The position numbers were made by a program, and so were the translations under genes. Below, one piece after another: positions 11,501-23,500 of a stretch of 64,000 nt of DNA. Below the pieces are notes generated by a model, which was not told where the DNA came from, ran no database searches, and saw only the letters and a program-made list of their open reading frames with translations. The stretch spans positions 5,699 to 69,698 of the forward strand of contig CAYSEV010000001.1 of assembly GCA_964430295.1 (NCBI GenBank). The letters are read 5' to 3'. The stretch comes from an uncultured Gammaproteobacteria bacterium. GTDB taxonomy: Bacteria; Patescibacteriota; Microgenomatia; UBA10105; UBA927. The first letter of the stretch is position 1. The number at the start of each line of letters is the position of its first letter.

Positions 11501-14500
11501 CGTGCAGTCACCGGCAATATGGCTGATGCAAAGGGTGTCGTTGAGACGGTCATGAGTCTCAAGACTGAATACTCTCCTGAAGCGGAATATAAGATATTTG
11601 GCTCACCAGACGGGTCAGTTGTAGGTCAACTAGCTAAGGAGCGATCATTTATCGTACGTAGTGACGCAGAGGCATCCAAGATGCTTTCCAAACTTATCGA
11701 GTCTAAACTGCTTGATACAACGATGGGTAATACTTCCAATGGCAATCTAAAAATTACTTTAGCCCACAAAGGCGCATGGGATCCGATTAAATTATTCCAG
11801 GATCAGGTATTAAGTAGGACTCAGGGAAATGATCCTGTATTAACCAATAAAACTGTACACGTGGCAGTTGGAGAAGGAAAGTTTGCGGAATTGCGAATCA
11901 ACGCGGAAGGAAGACTAGAAGGACTGGATGCGTCAGGAAAACCGACCGGCACGATTCGTACGACCGCAGAGGTTGAAAATATCTTTAAGAGCGGTAATGC
12001 AAAAGATACGATCGTTGTCATTGATGAAGGTGGTCACACAGGAACGACCATTCTTACTGAAAATGTGCCTGGTATTACTGTTGGCAACAGTAAAATTACG
12101 CTCGGAGACCTTATTCAAGGTGTGAGTCGAGGTAATCGAGGAAACAGTTTATCTGATCAATACCTTATTTATATAGACGAAGCTGCTCCAGTTATCGACT
12201 TTACTAAACCTGGGCGCGAAGTTGTCGACTCAACAAAGATGACGGATGAACAGTTTGCAAAAGTGCATGAAAATGCTCAGAGAGAACAGGTAGTAGCTGA
12301 AAAGTTAAAGACAACAAACGCTCTGAATCTAGCTGTGGAAGCGGCGAGTAAGCGGCCAATATCCGATGCTATTCGGGCACTTCGCAATGCAAACACTTCG
12401 AATGATCCTGTGTTAAAGAATTTGGCGGACTGGATGTCTGACACGCTTTTGGATTTTGGTACCAGATCAAAGAATCGTGATTTGAGACTTGAACAGGGTG
12501 AAGCCCAAACAACACTCGAAGCCCGACAGGAAATGATACAGCGGGAAGCGGCAAAGTGGGATGCATTCCTGAAAGATCCGGCTAATGCGTCTCAATTGAA
12601 AGCCCTCAAGGAAATTCTGCCTGACATAGTTGCACGTATGGAGGAAAACCGTGATGTGTTTGCCAACGGTGCAAAATTGTCCTATGCCGAGAATCCTGAG
12701 CCGATGTGGAAGACGCTGGCACGTCCTGAATTCAAAGAGACATGGGATGCTATGGTGAAGAAAATTCCGGAATTGGCAAACTTTGATCCGGCGGGCACTA
12801 CATGGAATGCACTCTTTGAGCCGGCAAATCGAGTCTTACTTGATAAAGTACGGGTAGATTTCCCGGAAGAATTTAAGCGATTCGGTTCCAATGAACCATC
12901 TAAAGATCCGGTATTGTTCGCCAAAGATCTGAAGGAATTAGTGTTGCGTCATGAAAGCTCTATTAAAGCTGATCAGGAAAGTAAGTATACAGCTAAAGAT
13001 TCTAAGGTGGATGTCAAAGATTACGTAAATGTGGCAGAACACCTGAGTACCAGCCAGAAGATTGGTGTCACGGTATTGGATGCGTTGGGTAATATGTTAC
13101 CGGGAAGTCTCGGCCTTCCGTTCCAAAACTGGTCAGCATCTATTAAGTATGGTGTACGCCAGACGGCAGCAGAAAAGTTACGTGAGGAACAGGATGCCGC
13201 TGCCTCAACCATTCCTGTGCCAAATTACAGCACAACTCAAAGTAGAGCTGCACTGATCGATGCGGCAAAGAAGCCGGATGCAACGGTTGTGGATAAAGCC
13301 CTCGGGCTTATTGCATTGGCTAAACAATACCAAGCAGCAAAAGATAATTTAGATAAAGCAGTCAACCCTGTCCGTGGAGTAGAAATAAAAGCAGGAGATA
13401 AACTTGGTAGTTCTATTCAACCTAACGCGGCTATTAAGGTCGAAGATTGGCGCATTATACGTGTAGATTCATCCGGAAATGTAACTTCTGTTGATCCGCT
13501 TATCGGCGCGACTATTAAGGATGGAGATATAATTATCAGTAATGTAGAATATGAAGCGAAAAAAGATAAACTCATCGGAAATAATCTTGAGACAGCAAAG
13601 AAAGTTGATGGAGTTGTCTATAGTATCGTTCCAACGATTGCTACAGTGATCAGAGTTGGTAAAGCAGATGCATTACCTGTTACTACCGTATCGAATAACT
13701 CATCAGAGGCTCTGTTTGCTGCCAATAAAGCGAAAGAAGAATTCCAGGCTCAGCTAGAAGTAGCAGAGAAAGATATCGCCCTGCGAATTGCAAATGAGTA
13801 TGGAATTATTGTGGCTAATGTTCCATCAGAACATCAGAACACAGTATCAACAGCGCTTCAGGATATAGCCGTGTATGAGGCACAGGTGATTTCTGCAGTC
13901 GCAATTGATCGTACTGTTGATGTAAATACTGTGCCTGAAGTTAAAACCGCGAAAACTGATGCAATTGCTTCACTGGACGCGTTGAAAACCGTCCTTTCGG
14001 ATGCGGATAAAGCAATACTACAGGGCAAAACATCTGAGCAGATTATAGAATCTCTTACATCGGCTGTGATTGCAAAAGCCAGAACAGCTTTGACTCCTAC
14101 AACGACAAAGACAACCGCGACGATACAGAGTGGATCATGGTTTACCAATGCTATAAAGAACAGTTGGAACTGGGCTCGCAGTCCTGAAAATATGGGTGCC
14201 CGCATCTTTAAGACTGTCGTCGTCATTAGTGCCTATATGCTTGCCGCTGGCGTTGCAATCTGGGTGGTCGGAAGTGTTATCGGATGGGCAGCCCCATTGA
14301 TTGGATCCCTATTTGCAGGAAGCACAGCAACAGGAGCCGCGGCAGCAACTGGGGCAGCGGCAACAACCACCACGGCTGCGGCTGCAACTACGGGTTCATC
14401 AGGATTGCTTGGATGGTTGATAACGACCAATCCGTTGCTCAACGTATTTAAGATCATGTTTGCGCTCTCATTCCTTGTTATGAGCTATTACAACATTATA

Positions 14501-17500
14501 AGTCCTGCTTCGCTTCGTAAAAATGAAGATGCAGTAGGTAAATTTGCCAGAACATACATATTTGCACCAAACCCGTTCAATCAAACATTATCACGAGGTC
14601 AAAAATGGGCATCAGCTCCAATGTTTATCGGCAGATATGTTGTTATAGCCGGTAGTCCACTGATGTGGCCGTTGGCTGTAATGGATATGGCAAATATATG
14701 GAATGAATATAGACTTTCACACGGTCAACCCACGTGGACGCAGCAACCGAATGCTCCGGAATGGTTAAAAAATGGAATGCGCAATGCAGTACAGCCGGAT
14801 GCTCTATATGGAGAAAATATCGAAAAGGGGAATGGGAGTAGATGGGGTGCGGTAGTCCATTTTGCAGCAGGGTTATCCGGTGCATTCATGCATGCAGTCT
14901 GGGGACCGGTTGCAATGCCATTTATGGCATATGATGTACTGACTGCATCAGCATCGAGATATCCACAGAGCAAAATTGTTGGATATCTAAAAGATGGGTT
15001 ATTCCCGGCTCCATGGAAGTCAGGACAGACAGGCATTCTCAATATTGGCTATTACGTAGCAACGCGTTGGCTACTATTTACTAATCCATTTACAGCACCG
15101 ATTGGAATACCTGTTCTTATTCATGATGCCTTCAGATTTTTAAATGATTTTGTAAATCAGGAAGTTGCCGGACAAATCCGACAACCAAATATAGATGCTG
15201 CAATTGCGTATACACAAGCCGAATTAGATAAGCAGGTTGCATTATATGAAAAGACTAAGTCTGATTTGGAAGCCGCTAAGAAATCGTACGCAGATTTGGT
15301 GGAAAAATCGAACAGTGGTAAGGCACGTGCAAAGGAGCTGCAAGAATTGATTCGAAAAGCCAGAATCTCTCTCTCTGCATCTGAAGCTAGATTGACACAA
15401 TCAACTGAGAGGCTGAATCAAGCAAAAAATACTGTAAATGCATTGAATCAACAAAAGACTCAAAAAACGTCGAAACAGGATCTGCAAACCGGATACGGTC
15501 TAGTCTCTGTTGCCTCCACTGAACTTATCGGTCGTGATTCTTCTCTCGGAAATATTCAAGGAAGCAGAGTATCGCGCAGACACGCATTAGTGTATCGGGA
15601 TCGTGCCACAAATGTGCTGGGAATCTCTGATTATAACTCAAGCAACGGGACATATGTAAATGGAGAACTGCTATCAGGCTATCTGGAACTGCAATTAGGA
15701 GATATTGTTACACTCGGTAAATTACGAGAACCTGAAAGTGCTGTATTGACGGTAAAATTACTTAATGGAGTGTTGGAGTTAGTAGATAGTCATGGAAAAA
15801 CAGTCAAAGGTAAGGCTATTAGTGCTCCGCCAGTAACTTCTGCATCAGATGCAGTAGTAAAATCAACAGTTTCTAGAAAGACTCCACTTGAAACCATATC
15901 AACTGGAGAAGCTAACTCTTTGAAAAACAGAATAACTATATCTGGCGATGAATTTAGAGGGAAAAAACTTACGGTAAATGAATTATATAAACAAAAACTA
16001 CAGCCTAAATACAGTATTCAAATTGACGGAACACAATATTACCTATCCGATTTATATGACATAGGTCAAGGCAGGCTGGCAGGCGTTGTCTATGTAGAAA
16101 TTGACGGTGTGTTTCACGCAAGATCATTCTATAGAAGTAATTCTTCAGCTGTATGGCGCTATTTGCCGGGATACGCTTCTGATGATGATGAAATTACCTG
16201 GTATTCGAAGGCATATGGTGAGGAAGGTATTAACGCTCCAATTACACTACAACAAGCATTAAGTAGATTACAACAGGACGGATCTCTAGTTCGCCCTGCT
16301 GACGATCAATTTATATTTGCTGGCCTTGCCCAAAGGCGAAGAGTCTCATCGACCTGGCTCATTAATATGAGGGAACAACCGGAAATGCTGAATATATCAT
16401 ACTCACGAAAAGATGCAGATAAACTTGCTGATCCGGAAAGTATGAAGTTCACAAATCCTGATGATGCTCCGGATTTTGGATCATTCCTAACAAGTTGGGA
16501 AGAGGACACTGCTCTATACGGAAAGATTACAAAAGATGCATTTTTATCTAAAAATAAAAAATATACATATGTCTTTTATCGCGATGAAGAGGGTAGAGCA
16601 GGCATAGCTTTTGTAGAAAATCAATCAGAAATTGTATCTCAGGGTATACGCCAACAAGCAGTTATAATTGGTGATTTAGCAACGCCTATATTTGAATATG
16701 ATTCACAAGCAGGCGGATATGGAAATGCCAAAATTCGCAGAGGACATTATGTGGATATGTATGCGAACTACCTAAGTAAAATACCAGTGATTCAGGAATA
16801 CCAATCATTCGTGAAACAAGGTGTCCGAAAAATAGCAAAGGTAGAGTCAATAACAGCAGAAGAAGCTGATCGTTTGTCAGAAGAAATTAGAAATGCATCT
16901 ACCGCAATGGAAGATGCACGAAGAGTTACGGTTTCTGATGCGAAACAGGTTACGCAATACAGAGAACAACTAGCGGTACTCCTCAATGAATTGGAATTGT
17001 TGGTTTCACAGGAAGGAGATGTTAAAGCTTCTTACGATGCCATCGTTTCGGGTAACGATGAAATTAAAAAAATTCAGGAAAAGATTGATCATTTGGAAAC
17101 AAAACTGGAAGCCCTTACAAACTGGAATCAGGCGAAGAAAAATCTTCTTGCTGCAAAACCACAAGCACAAATTGAGTGGATTGACCTGTTAACTGCACCG
17201 ACAGAAGAAATCATCCGAAGTATGAATAAGATGATTACACAATCGGCATCTGTGCCATCAAGCTCTCAGGTATTGGAAGCCTTGAGAGATAAGGATAATG
17301 ATGGAAAATCCGGCATAGAGCGAGTATCAGCGGCCGGAGGATACGTTGCTGTTTACACTGCACTTCAAAGCGCAAAAGCGTCAAATAGACAGGCCGATAT
17401 AGATATTGTTATGACAACACTTCGCACTGCTGCCGCAGAGCGATTGGAAAAAATAACCGGAAAAGCTATCGATCTGAACTCAAAAGAAGGGAAACGGATG

Positions 17501-20500
17501 ATAGAGGAGGCAATTTCCTATGAGCTTTCAATGTTTGCAGGAGAAAAACAATCAACAAAAGTGACCGATGCCACGGCTCCAAATAAAATAACTGCGGCAA
17601 TCAGTAAGTTCTGGCACAGTTTGCCACGTCCAGGGAAAATATTTGCCAGCCTTGGCCTGGGCATAGTCACGGTGTCTCTTATCACCACAATGCTTTCATC
17701 AACCGGATCCAGAGCTCCGCCTGTAGATACAGCACCACCTCAGACTCAAGTTGTACAGATGGTAGAACAGTCTCCGGTCCAGGCATTAGACCAGGTATAT
17801 CAGGAATCAGATCAACAATATGTATACACACAGGTAGCACAGGCTCCACAAGCTTCAGATCATGCATCGTCTCCACCCGTGATTACAAATACAAATCAAC
17901 AAGGAGGATTGACCGCTCAACAGCAGGACCAACTCATAAATGTGTCGATGGAGTTTGTAACAGATTCAGGAAGTGAGACAACACAGAGATCAGCGGAACT
18001 TCTGGGATTAAAACAACAGGATGGCAGTGTGATATGTGGTCCACTAAGTGCAACAATACTGCAAAAAGCCGGTTTATTGGATGCATCTGTTGATCCAATC
18101 GATTTCTATCAGGCAAATGACTGGACAAGCCAAGAATCCAAAGTAGGTACACTCTGGTATCTGCAAAAAACGTTCCCGACAGATAAATATGATTGGGTTG
18201 AATCACAACAATCGATTGGGGAGTATGATTTCAAGGCAAATCCACTACAGCCGGGAGATCTGCTCTATTTGAAAGGTGGAAACTTCACTCATTGGATCAC
18301 CATTTCACGCGTAGATAGTAGGGGTAGAGTATATGCAGTAACGAATATACAAAAAGGATTTATTACAGGTAATCCAAATGATTCCGAATGGCTTATACAA
18401 GAAGTGTTAGTGTATGATCCTGCAAACCCGCAGCTTGGACAGTTTGCAAAATGGACAGGGAATGATTATCCACAACTTGGAAAAACAGGGCTGAAAGGAT
18501 TCAGGCTTTGGAGGGCAAAGGGAACTACACAGGCACCAGTCAGTAGTACAAATACGGGGTCAAATACAACAACACAACAATCTCAGTCTACAAATTCAAA
18601 TGCCGCTACAAACAACAATAACCGTGTATCGGATTATTCCGCTTATAGTGTAAGGGCAGATGCTGCAATCAACGCAGTGCCATATGAAGGAATTCCTCAG
18701 GCTCGCTATGATCAAATGTTGGCGGATGGTGTTCTTTCAGATGATGAAGTGCGTGAAATGTATGAAATGTACTATAAGCCAATGCCTGCAGAATTTGTAT
18801 CTACAGGCACATTATACGGACCGCTCGCTAACGCAATCGGTGAATTGCATTGGTATGGAAATGCAATGCGCCAACAAATGGCCAGAGGGTTTGTACTTTT
18901 TGGCAATAATTCATATGGATATAGAGAAGATTTGGCAGATGAGCTGAAAAATTATGATGGTCCGTATGGGTCAACTCTCGGTGATAGGACAAATATATTA
19001 TTACAAAATCAGGCATCACCTCTTTATACTGTTCTTGCTGATCGGGTACGTACACCGGATAATCAGCCGGTTCCGTTGGAGTATAACGATCTCAACGAAC
19101 GACAGAAGTTAATCTACGACATGACCTCAATGGGACAGGATGAAACTGCAAAGAAATACTTCGTGAGTATAGAAGAACAGTCACAAATGACACCTGAAGA
19201 AGCATTGGCATCAGGCAAGTTTATAGGAATTGTATCATCCAAATCTCCAAATGACTTTGGTCGAAGATATATGCTGTGGAAATATGACGAAACCACAAAA
19301 CAAAAGAAATTTATTGGAATCGTCGTAGTCGCAGGTGAAGCAAAGCGTGGAGATTGGGTTCCGGATCAATCAGGTGATCCAACTTTTAATACGTATCCGC
19401 TTGGTCTTCGGGTGCAAAACGGGCAATCATGGGGATTTGATTTGACGACAAATGTGTACGAAGCGTTTGGTGGGACAGGGGGTCCAGTGTTTGATATCGT
19501 TGCAGTTGACCCTGACGGTCCGCTTACGACTAGAATGGAGCGTGTTGCAACAACAGAAAGTGTACAACCAACGTCATTAGCTCAGCCGTCAACATCAGGT
19601 CAAACATCTAATACATCTGCGCCACAATCGGCAACTGTACAGCAGACATCTCAGGTTGCTACACCTGGTCAGACATATGAAGTCGCATACGATACGTCAG
19701 TCCCCGAGAAGTATACAGTAGGAGCCTCAACCGCAAGGAGTGAGGCGGCTCCAAATGGCGGCATCCTTCTTACAGATCATGACCAGTGGTTGCCGATTGC
19801 TGAAAGTGATATTCCTGCATCTGCACAACTGCGTAATCCGCAGAGTTATATAAATACCATCAGATATTTCCACGTCACAGAATCTATACGATACAAAGCT
19901 GCAAGTAATACCACATACTGCAATATATTTGTATCGGATGTCACACGTGCCATGGGAGTAGAGATTCCGAAGTGGATTAATGGTGAAGGAACGTATGCGA
20001 ATTTCTTGTATGACTGGCTGGCAAATCCAAGCGAAGGCGGCAAAGCAGGATGGGTAGAAGTAAGCGCACAAGATGCGCAGGCATGGGCGGATAAAGGATA
20101 CCCTGTCGTGGCCTCCGCCCAATTTGAAGGGCACGGTCATATTGCTATGGTTATACCCGGGACGCCGGCGGACGGATTTATCCACAACGGTGAATATTAT
20201 CCAAACAGTGCGCAGGCAGGGCGGATAAATTTTGAAGGAAAGAGCACATATGAAGGATTCCATAGAGGATTGGAGCAAAATCAAGGACATCCTATCAAAT
20301 ACTTTGTGAACACGGGCAAAACTGTAAATATATACAAATCTGCTGCCGGTATCATCCCGATCGGGCTGGTTGGACTATGGGAAAAAGCAAAACAGGGAAT
20401 GGGCTTAACCAAACATACGGGTAATCCGGAAGATGAAGAAGTTGTAGAGACTGCCGGACCACAGGGTGCAGATGCAAAACTCGAAGAATCCATTACGGCA

Positions 20501-23500
20501 TATCTGGATGCGCACGATCCGGAAGGGTATACGCGTATATATGATTATTCCAATGCCCCAGAAGGAAATAGAAAACATCTGATTGCACAGTATATCATCG
20601 ACAAATTGTATGAGCAGGTACAGACTGATTCAAATGAACGCGGGGTATTTGCATCGGCAATGGGCGCATCAGGAGGCAATATACAGCCACGTATAACCGT
20701 TATAATTGACGATGTTAATAACATAAAAGAAGGTGCAGCGATAACAGTCAGGTATAGTGACGGTTCTGAAGTAAAAAGCAAAATAGTTCAGAAAATACCG
20801 GGTAAATCTACAGGTCAAGATTATTGGTTAATAAACAGTAAAGACGAACTATTTGCAGTGCCGACAATAGCCATACTGACGAGAGCAGCGGCAGATGCGC
20901 AACGAGACAATAAATCAGCAACAAATCAGCAGGGCACATCAGGTTCAAATGCAGTGAAGACTGAATCGGACGCAGTTAACAAAGCAAATGCTGATGTTCT
21001 GGCAGCCAAAAGTGAGTTTGAGAAAGCACACCAGGAATCTGAAAAGGCACGTATTGCAGCTGAATCTGTAACAACTTCCACAGTAGATCCGCAACTTCTC
21101 AAGGTCGCTCAGACGAATATGGCTGATGCACTTGGTGAGCTGAAAGTTGCAGAAGCAGATCTGACACAAAATAGAGAAATGGCTGATCATTACAGACAAA
21201 AACTTGAGCAGTTGAGAATACAACAAACGCTTCAAGAGCACACAACCGACGAAATGGCTATATTATCTCTCGGTTCTCCAATTACAAGAACTGATACCAC
21301 ATATGTCGTTGATGATGAATCATATGACGAATCATACGCTATTGAAGCCCAAGATGGTGAGTTTTTTGGAGAATTTGGAGCATCAGTTCGTGAAATTATC
21401 GGCATAGGCTCACCGAAGAAATTTGGTGCTATTGAAGTCTGGCTATTTGATAAAAATGATATAAAAACAAAAACAATTTTCCTTGTATCGGAGTATGCAT
21501 TTAACGATCCTGAAATCCGTTCACGATTAGAACAACTGGGAGAAGTAGTGCAGATTCAGACTGGTCCAACGGGCATATCCGTCATACGAACAAAAGATTT
21601 ACAGTTACACATATTTGTAAAGGATTTCGTGTACAGCAAAGGTGGGCCACAGGCAGATGTAAGCACGTTTGATAGAGTAACAGTTCAGTTAGAAGCATAT
21701 GCGAATGACGTTTCCACATTTGCAGGTCCTGTGGATATGCCCCAAATCGAAAAAGACATACTGGAAGCACAACAGCAATATACTGCATGGTCTGAAAAAG
21801 CGCGTCTTTCTCAAGAGGATGTCGCAAGACGCCTGGCGGCATACACAGAAGCGAAAAGGATTCTTAAGCAACTGGAAGAATCAGCAGAAACCGTTGCAGA
21901 TATGGCTGCATACGAATCAGCAAAAACCCGGGAAAATGAGGCAAAAGCACGCTTTGAAAAAGCACAATCTCATGCAGATGTATTGGCTGACTGGCAGAAA
22001 GCAAAAAATGAAATGCATGTGCTTAATCCAAAAGCGACCGTTGAACCGATAGATCTAAATACCGCAGATGATGGGGCTATAGTTGCTAATACTGCGCTGA
22101 TGCGTGCTGTTGAGCCTGTTATAGTGGCCGAGGCATCAACGCTTTATGACATGGATATCAAGAGAATCGGGCGTGTAAAGGTCGCTCTTCTATGGATTGA
22201 ATTCCTCAAAAAGTATCCAAACCAGATAACGACAGAACATAGAGTTCGCCTGTATCAGGGACTTGTAGCCGCACAAAAAGGACTTGCTGCAAAAGATGAT
22301 CTGATTTCAGCAGCGGATAAGACACTCATCGAAGAAGTACTTGCAAATGACGTTATCATACGCATTCGTGACGGATTTGGTGTCGGATCTACGCCGATCA
22401 ACACGCCGATGATGAAGACATTTGCATTGGATCTCATGGCATATGAGCAATCCGTTTTTGAAACCGGAAAACTAAATACAGATACAGAGAAAAAACTGAA
22501 AAAGCAAATAGCAGATATACTAGACAGTAAGTCGACAATTTCTGACAGTCTTCTTGCTACACTACCGAGCCGTGATCCAGAAGTGATTTGGAAGAAGATT
22601 ACAGACGGATTATTTAATGCAGCAATAGCAAATGGATCAACAAATGGGAATAAAAACCAGAATAACCCTGCTGCGAATACTTCATCAGTAACACCTGCAT
22701 CTGGAACATCAGGACAATCTACATGGCTATCAAGGCTGTGGGACAGGTCATCAAATTGGGTAAAATCCGGGAGTAATTTGGGCGAAAAGATCTTTAGAGG
22801 AATAGTTGTTGGTTCTATTTGGGTCACAGCTGCTGTAGCTTCAGCTTTTCTGATTACAGTTGTCTTTAATTCTGTTATGTTGTTGATCCCATGGTATGCC
22901 GGGTTGATCAGTTCTGCACACGTTTCATATTCATTGCTTGCATGGATAATTCCATCATTATTCATGCTCTCTGGATTATTGAATTTATCTGCGCCTCCGA
23001 TTATGCCACCAACGAATGCATCAGTTGTAGCGAGAGTGTGGCATGCTGTTCGCAATCCGTATCCTTGGCAGAACGGATTAACAAAAGAACAAAAACCTTA
23101 TGTATGGGGTGCCTTTGTTGGGAGATATGTGTTGGCAGGGATAATTAACCCAATGGAAATAGGCATGGGTCTTGTTGACCTAACAAACGGCATAAATCAC
23201 ATGGTGCGCCCTGCGATTGCACCTCAAACAGTTGAACCCAATAATACTGCTGTTGAACCGTCAGCATTCAGAAAATGGATCAATAAACCAACTTCACCTG
23301 CATTTTTGTCTAAAACAATACGATTCCTTGTTAATCCGCGATTTAGAGCAGATGACCCAGAGAAGCGGACAGGGAGTAGCTGGGGATACGTTCCCCATGG
23401 TGTAGGATTGCTAGGTATTTTCAGAGTATTCCAGACACCGATGGCTGCAACAATCGCGATTCCATTTGTGGCCCATGATGTCTATAACCTGCTGCGCAAC

